A DNA stretch of 63,464 nt, counting the filler, from Cercozoa sp. M6MM (Eukaryota > Protista > Endomyxa: Ascetosporea): the NCBI GenBank assembly GCA_040357565.1. It is 13 parts of 13 records of this genome, joined end to end, with 100 filler letters (N's around TTAATTAATTAA, not from the genome) between each part and the next. Parts side by side here need not be neighbours in the genome. Positions count along the whole stretch, not along the records: positions 31,552 to 39,452 come from JBDODJ010000586.1; positions 39,553 to 43,465 come from JBDODJ010001276.1; positions 43,566 to 45,820 come from JBDODJ010001807.1; positions 45,921 to 48,286 come from JBDODJ010001788.1; positions 48,387 to 50,960 come from JBDODJ010001739.1; 8 more parts are not named here. One strand, written 5' to 3'. A model generated the notes under the pieces. It saw only the letters and a program-made list of their open reading frames with translations, did not search any database and had not been told where the DNA came from. Position numbers and translations under genes: made by a program. Shown here piece after piece: positions 35,601 to 48,410 of this stretch. The first letter of the stretch is position 1; every line of letters begins with the position of its first letter.

Positions 35601-37002
35601 ACAGAACCGGCGGTACTGGGTCGAAGGGCTTGCGTTCCTCAACGGTGATGTGCATCCTTTGCGACAGCATGTCCTGGGTGTCCATCTTTCGGTACATTTC
35701 GGCTGCGGACACAACAAAAATCGACATCGATTTCAGATCTAAACTTAGATCCACTGCGGCCTCAACTGAGAGTACAGTACCATGCTTTGGTAGCACGCCC
35801 GCGAACAGAGCGACTGAGCGACCACTAAAGTAGAATTCATGAGGGATACCGCGTGCACCAATAGTTGGAGCCAGTTTGCTGCAAGAGAAAGAAATCTGAC
35901 AGTCACATTTGATGCTGTCAGGAGCACGTCGAGGAATCAGAATTGAGTACTCTGGGGGAAGTGCTTCCGAAGCCGGTGCACTGTAGTAGTCGACTACAGC
36001 GACAGTGTATCTGCGAAGACGATCGCGGATACTCGCCGTCGGTATGCTATCAATATCTGCGCCGGCGCAACCGCGACGATACCAGAAGTGAAGGTGATCG
36101 CGAATACTCATCATCGGCTTGGTTTTGTCTACAAGGCACAATCGTGACTGCAGTGTCTTGAAAGCATACTTTAAGCGTGAAAAAGGTGAAGCCTACTGTA
36201 AAAGGGCCAGGTTCGGTTGAATGGCTTGACTCCCCTGGTCCAAATCCCGTATTTCAATGCATCGATACCACTCAGCGGCAGTGCGAGCGAGAACACGTTG
36301 TCGTTGTCAAAGTAGAGTCCAGACATGAGCTGTGACACGAGTGGGGTCGCTTTCAAGTCGAATTCTGCCCAAGGAAACAGTCAGTCAGGATTGCTTCCTT
36401 CCCTGGCAGACAGACACCTAGATGGTTTACCGCGCACAACTTCGTCAACCTCGTGTGTTGTTGTCAAAGTCGACAAGACACCGTCAATCTCCTGCGCATG
36501 TTGCGGCATGAGACGACGAATGTGGAGGAGTTGAAGCAGGCGTGCGTAGAAGGCGTTGCGATACTCTCGTTTGGTGGTCAGATACGATGGCATATAAGGA
36601 TGGTTGACGATGTGTTGACGGACACACTCTACGGGCAGACCCGAAAGCACCGCGATTGTCATTCCGTGAGTTTGACTTGGAAGCATGTTGAGCAGCGCCA
36701 CTCCCCTACAATACAAGACAGCACACTCAATATCACTGCATACATGTATCGTAATTTTCTAGTATCTCATCTTAGAACTAGTGTACCACTGTGCGACTGC
36801 TGCCGAATCAAGACCGTAGGCTTCTGGCACCGGTGCTCCTGTGTCGAGGCATAGGTAGGATCCTTCGAAAGGCGGAAGCGGCCGAGACCCGGCCGTGATT
36901 CCCAACGTTAGGACCAAACAGCCCACGACCTAAAAATCAAACTTTTAGTTTCAACGCCCTGCTGAAACTGTAACGTACAAGTCTCAGAGGCTGGCGGTAC
37001 AT
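32646..37002 (-). CDS. Large (roughly 1,200 aa) predicted secreted orphan protein, about 12 exons
   Basis: Spliced N-terminus MYRQPLRL|VVGCLVLTLGITAG-S is signal-peptide-like; successive minus-strand ORFs 36381, 36171, 35071, 34911, 34540, 33691, 32758, 32646 can be linked by short GT-AG introns (not every junction was phase-checked). Confidence 0.55.
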
Positions 37003-37806
37003 TCCACCTACGTGACAAGTGACGCGCGTCACTAGACTTCAAAGGTCCACGACGTTTCGCCAAGGCGCGGATCTCGGTTTGACACGTGCTCCACGCGTGC
37101 GAAAAGAAAAGTCCGAACGCTCCTATTTCACTTTCAAGCAACTGTTGAAGGCCAGCCTCCCAGCAGGCACCCGAGAGGTCCCGACATAGACTCGGCCACT
37201 CATAGCATGTCCCTAAGCCTATGTCTGTTTGTCTGTTTTGTCTGCGACGCCTCTGTAGCCCGCTACCTGCACCAACTACGAAGTCGACCAAAGGTAAGTT
37301 GTATGGTCCTACCCTAAGCGGGCGGTAGACACGGCCATGCTCTTGTGGTTAGTTTCCTATGCAGTCTCCGCGGGGATAAACCCAGACAGACAAGTTGGTC
37401 TCCCATCACTGAAGCAAAACGAAAGAGCAGTGACTGGACCTGTCTGAAAGCCTGTCCTGTAGATTGAGCCTGTCAGTTGGCAAAGAGAAACCTCATCTCT
37501 GGTCACGTCAGTTGTTCTGCAGTTTGTACTGATATCCACCTCTATAGCTACAAGTCAGCATTGGCTGCTGTAGAGAGAAGGGGTTCCTTCCGTCTCCAAC
37601 TCCTGTCCGTCTAGTTTGACGTACGGTACGGTATGAACTCAGTTGGGTTCGGTTCTTTTCACTGACAACCGTCAGAACACAACTAACTAACTACGGTAGC
37701 TACTCAGGCCGTGTGCCTTGCAAACGTGGGAACGTGGGAGCCAAACCTGGCGCGAGTCATGCCGAAGAAACGCTTCCGTAGAGCACACATGAGTGACAGG
37801 AACGCA

Positions 37807-38106
37807 TCACTTGGCAGCGTTGCCAGCAGCGTTTCCGGTAGCGCCCTGTGCTTCCACCAGCATAGCTCGCTCGTGCATGAAGCGCATGCGATGCAGCTTG
37901 CCTACCAGGGTACATCATCAGTCAGTCATACCATATCGGATAGTTAGGTAGGGAGAGAAGGGGGCAGTGGCGCATTTATACTCATGCGCAGGTCGTCCTT
38001 GAGAATCTCGTCGTCGAGTTCGACAAAGAGAGCGCCGTTCACCATGTTCTGCACGAACGTGTCGGCGTAGCGTGCGAAGCCTGACCCAGGGGGAGGGGGG
38101 TAAGGG

Positions 38107-38149
<43 letters not shown>

Positions 38150-39202
38150 NNNNNNNNNNNNNNNNNNNNNNNNNNNNNNNNNNNNNNNNNNNNNNNNNNN
38201 NNNNNNNNNNNNNNNNNNNNNNNNNNNNNNNNNNNNNNNNNNNNNNNNNTACACACACCCTTCCTCCCTCGATATTCATTTTTATATCTTCTATAGATAT
38301 GTATGTATATCTGTGGCGCGGCCGGCGCCCGCGTGCCCGGGGGGGGGGGGCGTAAGTGTAGCTACCACGTGCAGCCAGCCACTGCACTACATGTTCCTCG
38401 TCCCAGTGTTCCACCTGCAAGTGTATGTGTGTATAGGTATATCTACATATCTATAGGTATGTATTTGTATTTAAGTATGTGTATAAGTATGTGTATATAG
38501 GTAAATAAATTACAAAAACAGAAGGAAACACACAAAAATAAACACATAACACATACATACCAAAATAAAAATACCTCCATCGAACAACAATATCGAAAAA
38601 AAAACATACACACACACACACACACACATATATATACAGATATACATACATATCTATAGAAGATATAAAAATGAATATCGAGGGAGGAAGGGTGTGTGTA
38701 GAATACCGGCAGCGACAGCAGATGCAGCGGCATCGGTTTCTTGCCCAGAGTGGTCGTCTCATGTTGTTGTTGTTGTTGTTGTTGCTGTTGCTGTTGCAAG
38801 AGGTTCATGTGCGAGGCCGACGACGGCAGCGTGGAAGCTGACGAGTGCGCCGACGAGGCCACAGAGACACGTCGCTCCACCGTCAGAGACACGCCGGCCA
38901 GTTCGTCCATGTGCAGTGCCGCCAGTTTCTTCTGCGCCAGTCGTTCTGCCCAGTGAGCACGTGACCCAGTGAGCATGTGACCCAGTGACCCAGTGAGCAC
39001 GTGACCCAGTGACCAGTGAGCACGTGTACCATTCTCCGAGGCCAGTGCCGCCGCCTTCTGCAGCACGCGATGCGACGGCAGCGACGTCAGCAGGTTCTGC
39101 ACCTGCTTGCTCTCCAGTTGCACCGACGTGCGCAGGAACGACACCGCCTGAGCGCGCGCAGTGTCGCCGCCCGTGTGCTCGCGGTGCCACGCGTCTAGTG
39201 CC
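37807..39202 (-). CDS. SAM-domain protein, C-terminal part
   Basis: VEHWDEEHVVQWLAARGFARYADTFVQNMVNGALFVELDDEILKDDLRM...KLHRMRF. Confidence 0.88.
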
Positions 39203-39231
39203 TGTGTGTGCCCAAGTTTATCCCCCCCATC

Positions 39232-39445
39232 CCTACCCACCTACCACCCTACCCACCTACCCACCTACCCACCTACCCACCTACCCACCTACCCACCTAC
39301 CNNNNNNNNNNACCTACCCACCTACCCACCTACCCACCTACCCACCTACCCACCTACCACCTACCCACCTACCACACTACCCACCTACCACCCTTCCCAC
39401 CTACCACACTACCCACCTACCCACCTACCCACCCTACCCTCCCCT
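39232..39445. repeat. Intronic (CCTACCCA)n array
   Basis: Read directly; interrupted by a 10-N gap and runs to the contig end. Confidence 0.85.
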
Positions 39446-39552
39446 TTACCCCNNNNNNNNNNNNNNNNNNNNNNNNNNNNNNNNNNNNNNNNNNNNTTAA
39501 TTAATTAANNNNNNNNNNNNNNNNNNNNNNNNNNNNNNNNNNNNNNNNNNNN

Positions 39553-39594
<42 letters not shown>

Positions 39595-40426
39595 TGCAGA
39601 ATGGATGCTCCGTGGAACTACCGTGTAGGTTTTAAGCTCTGCATGCCCGTAAAACTGATACTTTTGAATCATATTTCCAGTCCGCCGGTGCCGCACGTAG
39701 TTCGGCGTGCGTTCGGCTCCGAGTCGGTTTCGTTTCTGTTGCATGCGTACGTTGACATGCGGAGACAGGTACAGTGAAATTTTGCTTATCTTGTTCCTTG
39801 GGAGGTGTCACTACATTTAAGTTTACTGCTTTTGATAGATCTACTGGGTCAGAATCACGAACTACAACTTTCGCAAACGCGTGCAGCTGAGCGAGTATTA
39901 TGGTGATTAGTTTCCATGTGCGATTTTGATTGTCTTAAACTTCCAGCAGAGCCCTGTTTTACGTCTGCACATGTGAACAGTGCTAGTTCCACACCCAAGA
40001 AACGCGCATCAGTCCGTTCGATGCCACTCAGCTTCGTTACACGTTCGAATGCGTAATTTCGCAGTTGAGCATACGATGATGGTCGATCATTCAATGACAA
40101 CTGGCAACACTTTTTGCTTGTGTTGCAGCCTTGGTGGGCGCGCTTTGCGCAAGAGTTGTGCACGCTATCGATCGGTAAAACAGCGAACAAGGCAGGCAGC
40201 TTTCTAATTACAGCTCGATGTTATTGTTTTTACCATGCGCGCAGACGATCCGCAGGTCGTAACCGCGAAGTGGAGGCCGCACTGGCGCACGCGCTCTACG
40301 CCAAAGAAGCAGAGGTCACTGAAACGGTACATTGACGTAAATCGGACAGAGTGATGACACGCAACAACACTTTTTTAGAAAAAGAAAAGGCACGCGAAAA
40401 CAGAGGAGCCCCACCCGAAGAATGTC

Positions 40427-40689
40427 ATGGAAGTCTACTGCGACACCGACGTCGCTTTTTCCTCCAGCGCTTCGTACCTCACTACTAACTTATACTGACT
40501 AATGTACTGAATAATTGTTTTCACTGTACGTAATACTTCATCCACTTGACAGAGAGACGAGCAGCAGCAGCAGCAGCGAAAGCAGCGCCGACACGCAAAG
40601 CGATCGCACCGGTGCTGTGCACCACGTGCCTCTGCACCTGCCGGATCCTATCCAAGGTACTGTACTATCTTTTAGGTCAATGCGTGCGT

Positions 40690-40726
<37 letters not shown>

Positions 40727-41275
40727 GCACACTGTACGCCTCTGTGTAGTCTCAGACAATGCGGACGTGCAAACGGCTCGCAAGTACGCCTCGGATCGCA
40801 GACGAGCCTTTCCTGAGCGTTTTCCGGTACAATGCACTCCTCGACTGTAGCTTGTCAATGTGTGTGTGTGTTGTTCTAGGGCGTGTTCCTGCATTCCTTG
40901 CTGCGCACACATGTGCACACCGACGCAGCTACCGAAGTCACCGCAGGTGAAGTGGTGCGCGAGTTCACGCAGTCGCAGTGTCAGAACGCAATGGAGCACG
41001 CTGCCCGCTGTTCGTGCTGCAGCGCTCGCACAGATGACTTCGAAGCACAGACACCGACACCGATGCAGGACGATGGCAACTCTGACGACATGGCGGTTGA
41101 TGGCGACTCGGACAGTATCGAAGTTGAAATCGACCGTCGCTGTGACCACGTCAACGACGCTGTCACGTGTCTTGGCGACATGTCGCACAGCGTGACCATC
41201 GTTAGCGACGGTGACACGCGCGAAGGTGTCTACACCGTGCTTGTCGACGGTGTTTCACTCGAGCAACATGTGTAA
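40427..41275 (+). CDS. Hypothetical acidic protein (4 exons)
   Basis: MEVYCDTD...|ETSSSS...|SDNADVQTARKY...|GVFLHSLLRTH...YTVLVDGVSLEQHV*; intron phases are consistent. Confidence 0.6.
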
Positions 41276-41696
41276 ATTTACCCTTCTTTTGGCACACGTG
41301 TATTTATTTTTACATCGATGTGTGTTTACCTAGGAGAGAAAGTCGTTCGAGCACACTAACCTTCGAGCAGTTCATCCCAAATGCCGACAGCAGTAGTTTA
41401 TAACACGTTTTCGTTGTGTTCGTAAACAACAAGTCAGTCCGATCTGACCGTCTGATCATCTGGCAAACTAACTTGTACAGCGCATCAGCGGCGCGCTTAG
41501 TTATCGCTACGTACCCGCTGTAGTGTTAGGTACCTCAGGAAGTAGTTTATATTGCCGCTAGAAGCTCGCTGGGCCCGGAGCGGCAATGTGCGGCGAGCGT
41601 TTTGGGCCCTGCGGGTGTGTGTGATCGTGGGCTAAACGAGTGAGGATGCCTCTGGTGGACTGTGGCCTTGTCTGAGCGCTTTGTGTGTGTCAGGCA

Positions 41697-41983
41697 ATGG
41701 CGGACGACGAAGCCGGTGGCGTTGGCTACCGCGCGCTTGAGGACGTTCGTTCCGAGGTGGGACGCGACTTTCTGCTGTCGCTGTTGTGCCGAACCTGTAT
41801 GGTTGACTTGTATAGGCTGGTGCCGATCATGATGTGGAGAAGAACCAGGTGAGTTATGTATATATATATATATATATATATATNNNNNNNNNNNNNNNNN
41901 NNNNNNNNNNNNNNNNNNNNNNNNNNNNNNNNNNNNNNNNNNNNNNNNNNNNNNNNNNNNNNNNNNNNNNNNNNNNNNNNNNN

Positions 41984-42030
<47 letters not shown>

Positions 42031-43441
42031 TGTGGTGTGTGTGTGTGTGTGTGTGTGTAGAGATGTGTGTGTATAGAGATATGTGTATGTATGTACGCAG
42101 CTGGGCACACTCAACGGCGTCTACGTGCCGTGCGTGCTCAACATTCTCGGCGTCGTGCTCTTCCTGCAGCTCGGCTGGGGCATTGGTACGACTCAGTGTC
42201 TAGCCTGCCCCTGTAGCCCTTCTGGTATGCCCATGTGCCTGTGCAGGTCAGATGGGTGTGCTTGGTGTGGCACTCATCTTTGCCGTTGCCGAGACGCAGG
42301 TGCGTCCCCTATTTTACCCCCTTCGCCCTTTACCCCACTCACACATGACAGGTGACGATGACGGTTCTGTCGGTGGCTGCCATGACCAGTACAGTGAACC
42401 TTTAGCCTTCTTTACCCTCCCCCCACACACTTATTTTTACCTGTGACAGGCAATGGCGGCATGAAGGGCGGCGGCTCTTACTACAGTAGCTGAGCAGTTT
42501 ACCCCACTCCCTTTACCCTCCACTCCCTTTACCCCACTCCTTTACCCCCCCCGGTGCAGTGATCTCGCGTACGCTGGGACCCGAGTTGGGCGGTGCCATC
42601 GGCATCCTTTTCTACTCGGCCTTTGCTGTCGGTAGGCTCATCTCTATCTCTGTGTTATATATATATAGATATATGTGTGTATTTAAATATGGATATATAT
42701 ACATATCTGTAAATATATTTATATATGTGGGTGTGTGTATGCAGGCAGTTGCTACTACGCCGTTGGTTTCGCCGAGGAACTCATCGTCACCTGGTGGCCG
42801 GTAGTGTAGCAGCTTTACCCCACTCTTACGCCCATAATTCCCCTTGCCTGGTGCAGCACCTGGAAGGCACGATCGACGGTTACTGGGTACACACACAAAA
42901 AAAAAACGATGTCTGTTACGACAAGCTTGTTTATGACACTTGTTGATGAGACTGTGTGCAAGCACAGGTGCAAGTGGCCATGACATCGGCCACGTTGTTT
43001 TTGATTCTCGTTATTTCGCTGCTGGGCGCCGAGTCGTTCGCTAAGGTTCTCCATGCTTTAACCCCCTCCGCCCTCTATCTCCTCTACGCCCCTGTATGTG
43101 TGTGTGTGTGCGTGTAGGTGAACACCTACCTGTTCATGGGCCAGTTCTTCGCGATTCTGTTCGCGCTGCTATCCATGTGGTTCTCGGGTCACAAGGTATC
43201 GTCCCCTTCCCCTTACCCCTGACCCTACCCTCTTTACTATACCCTCTTTACCCCCTCCCCCCCCCCAGCTCATCAATGTGATGGACGTCGACGGCGACAA
43301 GGTCGAACAGTACTGGTTCGGTGTGTTACTCTACTGCTACCCTGCCCTTCTTGCCTTTGCCCCTTACCCCCTCCCCTGTAGGTATGAAGTGGAGCGTCTT
43401 CTCGGAGAACTTGTCTTGGAAGCTGGTGGACGGCGCCACTG
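41697..43441 (+). CDS. SLC12 cation-chloride cotransporter (SLC12A8/9-like), 3'-partial
   Basis: [60 protein letters not shown]. Confidence 0.92.
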
Positions 43442-43689
43442 GTAAGCTTTACCCCCCCCCCCCCCNNNNNNNNNNNNNNNNNNNNNNNNNNNNNNNNNNN
43501 NNNNNNNNNTTAATTAATTAANNNNNNNNNNNNNNNNNNNNNNNNNNNNNNNNNNNNNNNNNNNNTGAATGATTTATTTAGTCTCTCCTTTCCCTTACTG
43601 ATTGGGCCATTGAGCCGCAGTAACAACAAAAGAATCAGCAGCAGATCTCGCGTCGTCTCAGTGTCTACGCGTTAAAGCGGATGCACGAG

Positions 43690-43964
43690 TCATTGCTCCG
43701 AGTCGACAGAAGAAGTCGCAGGCGCCGTCCACTGCTCGAGTCGCTGCGAGAGCACCTGCAGCGCGTCGCGGAACGTGAACACAGCGTGCGCATCGACGAG
43801 TTCGACAAGCTCCTCCGGGTGCTCCTTTTGCAGTGCCTACAGACAGGGATACTTTCTGGTGTCCTCGGTGTTGTAGAGAAAGAAAAGAGTACGGCAGAGG
43901 CCTCGAGCAGCGACTCGGCAAGCTGCGCCACGAGTTTGAAGAAACGCGCGATGCGATCGACTTC

Positions 43965-44013
<49 letters not shown>

Positions 44014-45760
44014 ATCAAGAGAAGTGAGTCAGCAGCATAGGTTTGGAACTACCGTGGCAACGTTGACGATCTGCGGCAGCGCAGTGGCCAGTGATTCACG
44101 TGTGTCGCCCTGTGTGTTCATCAGTATGAGGAGGACAAAGGGAGAGGGGATAATAGGTCAGGGCACCTCAGTGAGTAGCCAGCACTTGGCCAGAATGCCT
44201 TCGGCGGCACTCATGTCCTCCGGGAAACTCGGCAGCGCACTGGAGATCAAGTTCACTCAATAAAGGAAGGGAAAGGAAGGGGCATTAAGATGAGGAAAAG
44301 CCAAAGTACTCGCACAACTCGCGCAGCTGCTGTCGCGTCAGTTCCGTCTTTTGCGAGCGCTCTCTCTCGCCCACTCGCGCCACCACCGAGGCTACACGGG
44401 AGAGGGGTTACCGGGGGGGGGAGGGTAAAACCCACGTACCTTCGGCAGCATTGCGCAGCGATACGTGGCACATCTTGGCAACGCACAGGAAGGCCGCCAA
44501 TTCGCGGTCCACGCCGCCCGACCAAGCCTCTGTCAATGGGGAGGGGGGGTAAGATGAAAGGATAACAGGGAGGGTAGAGGACTACCAGCATGCATGACCG
44601 GTGATAACAAAGTGGCCACACGGCACAGCAGTCGCACCGGCCGCTTCTGCTCGCCCGACAGGGAGGCTGCACATAACACATACACACATAGAAATATATA
44701 TATATATATACACCTATATAAACATAGGATATATATATCTGTATTCAGCTATATAATATATCTATACCTGTCCATCTATGTACATAAACGTATATCCATA
44801 TACATAACATCTTTCTATCTATCTATGTACATATATGTATATATATATATATATATAAATATATATACAAGCAAGGCTACCGAGTGCAGATGACGCGTTG
44901 AACAGCGTGCCGTCCGGCAGCACGAGTCGCAGTGCCACGCCGTTCAATTGTCTCAGTCTACGGATGGGGGTAAGGAGTAAAGGGGGTAAAGGTGAGGTAA
45001 GAGCTAAGAGGGCAAGAGCTAGGGGTAAGAGCAAGGGGGTGGTGGGTAGGCAAGGCAAGCACGCTACCTCAACAAAAGAGCGGCGTTCAACAGCTCGGTG
45101 TGGAACTCCTGCGCCTCCTGGGTCGACAGCAGCTGCGACAGGACGCGCTGCCAGGCGGCGTCCTTGACGCACTCGATGCTGGTACCGTCGCTGCCCGTGT
45201 GCAGGTGCTTGTAGTACTCGGGATACAGTGCCAGTGCTTGCATGTCCTAACATACACACATAATATAAAAAGGGTTTCTTACACATATGAATATGGGTAC
45301 ACCAGCAAGGGGGTACCTCGAGTGAACTGGCAGCAATTTCGTCACTAACCGACAACGTTGGCGGCTCGTATGGCAGCAGCACATCCGCCTGCAAGAAGGG
45401 GGGGATAAAGGATAAAGAGGAAGGGGCACAAAGCTACCTCGGGTGCGAACCAGTGACGGAGCGTGAGTGTGCGGTGATATCTCTCCTCTAGTGCACTGGC
45501 CGTCAGCGACATCACCTGTCGATCGGCACAAACAGTAGTCCAAATGGACAAACAGACAGGTACAAATGTACCTTGTTGCGCAACGGACGCAGTGCGTGCA
45601 GCAACTCGGCGTATTCCTCCTGCAAGCCAGACACACACACATGCCAGATAGTACCCTCCCCCCGCCACGTGGTCCTTAGTGCTACCGAATCGATCAGTGG
45701 ACACGTGTCCAGTAGCATGCCATTGAGCACGTGCGACAACGAGTGTGGTGTCAGAACGCC
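43690..45760 (-). CDS. Hypothetical multi-exon protein, 5'-partial
   Basis: About 12 exons with GT-AG introns, ending ...RLEQWTAPATSSVDSEQ*; family not recognised. Confidence 0.6.
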
Positions 45761-45773
45761 TAGAAAGTACAGT

Positions 45774-45820
<47 letters not shown>

Positions 45821-45938
45821 NNNNNNNNNNNNNNNNNNNNNNNNNNNNNNNNNNNNNNNNNNNNTTAATTAATTAANNNNNNNNNNNNNNNNNNNNNNNN
45901 NNNNNNNNNNNNNNNNNNNNCCCCTGTTCACCCCCAGG

Positions 45939-46610
45939 TACTCGAACTATGTGGTGCAAGCGCTGATTGCAGCCGTCGAAAAGACACTGGTTTCTTCATA
46001 TATTGGACCATTTGCTTTTTTAATATTTTTGGTATTTCTGGTATTTTTCTTGTGGCAGAGAAGACGACTCATTCGTCGCATTGTGGAAGTATCCAACGAT
46101 TTACCCCTTTGCGGCCCTTTTTTACCCCCCTTTACCCTCCTCTTTACCCCCCTTTTACCCTCCTATTTACCCCCTCCGTTTTCTCTAGGTAGCGCCGCAG
46201 CTGCGCAGTTTCAGCAGCGGTTTTCACATCTGCGAGCAGATCATGCGTGTGGTGAGAACCCCTCCCCTTTACCCGCATCTTTACCTTCTACGCCCTTGCT
46301 CAGGAGAACTTGCGACGCTGGCCGACGAGTCTAAGCGAACTAGACGAGGCACTCGCAGGTACTGCTGTGTGCCACCGAACCTTTTCACTTGGGAGGTACT
46401 GAGACTGGAACCGGTACTGTTCTGGCAGAGGCCGATCGCGAAGGCACGCCGCGACGACGTCAGCGGCGACAACGCAGTCGCAGTGACTCCAGGTGTCTTT
46501 ATCCCCTCCCCTTACCCTCTTGTTCCCCACCTTCTACGCCTCCCTTTGAGATCGACAGAAACCGCGCGCGTTCGCGGGGTGCACGAAAGCCGTGGGAGCA
46601 GGTGCACTGA
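45939..46610 (+). CDS. Pumilio/PUF RNA-binding protein, last repeat and tail
   Basis: Spliced YSNYVVQALIAAVEKTLRRRLIRRIVEVAPQLRSFSSGFHI aligns by eye to PUF repeat 8 and 8' (NYVVQ...LRKYTYGKHI); last exon uncertain. Confidence 0.75.
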
Positions 46611-46899
46611 GACACACACGCAACAAGCAAATGTCAGTGACCCACGGAGAAGAACGGTTTGCCGAATCTGGCGGCATTCCGAAATTGCAGACTCTTGCTA
46701 CAGGACAAGTCGTCCACTAGCCGACAGGCCTGACGCAAAGTTACTCGAACGCTACTAGACGCTATCCATGCCAGTACAGTACGCGTAGCTTAATTCAGTC
46801 AAGATCGTTCTCGGCACTTATAATATGGTCTGCTACCTGCAACTCGACTCCACATGCCGAAACACTGGACACGAAGCGCCTTTCATGTTGGCGTCGGAG

Positions 46900-47620
46900 G
46901 CAGCCCAGCGACAACATGCTGTCGCTAACTCGAACTGAAGGACGAGTTATGCTGTATCTTCAGTCTATTACGGAAACCAACAATATCTTTATTCACAGGA
47001 GGCATATCATAACCAAACCAAAATCTTGCCATCACGACGGTTGACATAAACGTTCCGGTAGCCTGCAGCGTGCCCTCATGTTCTGTCCTAAACTGACTCT
47101 AGCGTCTTTTTGTCGAAGAGGGGAATCTACTTAACCCTCAAGCCGCGCAGGAAGGCGATGGTTTCAGCTTCAGACGGAATGCTGTCAGAAATGGCAGCAT
47201 ACACTTGAAGACGATCCATCAAAGACGATAGTTTCGTCTCAGTTTCTCGGGGATGTTCAAGATGCGGCATTTCAGAGTCGGAATCTATCGGGTCTGCCAT
47301 CTCGGTTTTTCAATTATCGACAAGGCGGGTTTTTGATATCGTACCTCAATATCACCGCAGACCTCTCATACTAACAAGTAGAAGCGGAGACAACTGGAAA
47401 AATAAAATTACCTAAGCCCTTCTTTGAGTTCAGCTGCAACAGCTTGCTCAAGGCTTTCCTATTCAAACACGGGTGTTCCACAGTCTGGACTGAAGCTCCC
47501 TGTATATTAGGACAACCATGACAGCGAACACATCAAAATCTTCCATCCACACTTCTCTTAAAGTAGTTGTTGTATGACTTGAACTTGAAGCCGCTTCCGT
47601 CATACAACTGAGTAGATCAT
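46900..47620 (-). pseudogene. Possible degenerate retroelement gag-like remnant
   Basis: Stop-interrupted peptides EVWMEDFDVFA and ETKLSSLMDRLQVYAA...ETIAFLRGL resemble Ty3/gypsy gag patterns; composition differs from flanking genes. Confidence 0.3.
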
Positions 47621-47782
47621 GCCGTAACACAGAGCCACAAACTTTAACTGGTCTTCATCCCCAAGCGGAGTGCATTATCTGAGTCAGCCCGTTGAGCATA
47701 CAACTCCCCTTTTGACATTCCCATAGGTGTGACGATAAGACGCAACTAACTAACGCTAGTAACAACTGAGAGAAGCGAAACG

Positions 47783-47969
47783 TCAAGTGGCCGAGAGCGG
47801 CGACTGTCGGCACAGCGGACACACGGCCTTGTTGCTGAGCCTGCATAAGGACATATATATATATATATATCTCTCTCTCTCTCTCTCTTTGTGTCTACAT
47901 CTATATATATATCTATATTCATATATCTCTACATATATATCTATAGATCATATTCTATCATCGATCTAC

Positions 47970-48009
<40 letters not shown>

Positions 48010-48271
48010 ATGCATCTGTATACCAAGTGTCGATACAGCCCAGGTGGAACACGTGCGAACACGCAAGTCGGCGCACGCGATCGCCGGCGACAAAGTGCGC
48101 CAGACAGATGGAGCAGTCCTCGTCCGAGTCCGAGTCATCGCCGTCGCCGTCAGTCCGATCAGTCCGATCAGTCTGATCAGTGTGATCGACGGTTTGATCG
48201 GCAGTTTGATCGGCACCGACATACGTCTCCAACGGCAGTCTCGCCAGCTGCGCCGCCGACAGTCCTGCCAC
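47783..48271 (-). CDS. RING-H2 E3 ubiquitin ligase, C-terminal part
   Basis: GLSAAQLARLP...CSICLAHFVAGDRVRRLACSHVFHLGCIDTW|LSNKAVCPLCR. Confidence 0.93.
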
Positions 48272-48410
48272 CGGGGGGGGGGGGGGNNNNNNNNNNNNNN
48301 NNNNNNNNNNNNNNNNNNNNNNNNNNNNNNTTAATTAATTAANNNNNNNNNNNNNNNNNNNNNNNNNNNNNNNNNNNNNNNNNNNNACCCCCCTGTTAAC
48401 CTTGCGGTCA

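Noticed and set aside
43690-45760. SET/LSMT methyltransferase assignment from PLID and LAAFLCV
   Set aside because: No NH-x or ELxxxYG SET motifs seen; the similarity is too weak.
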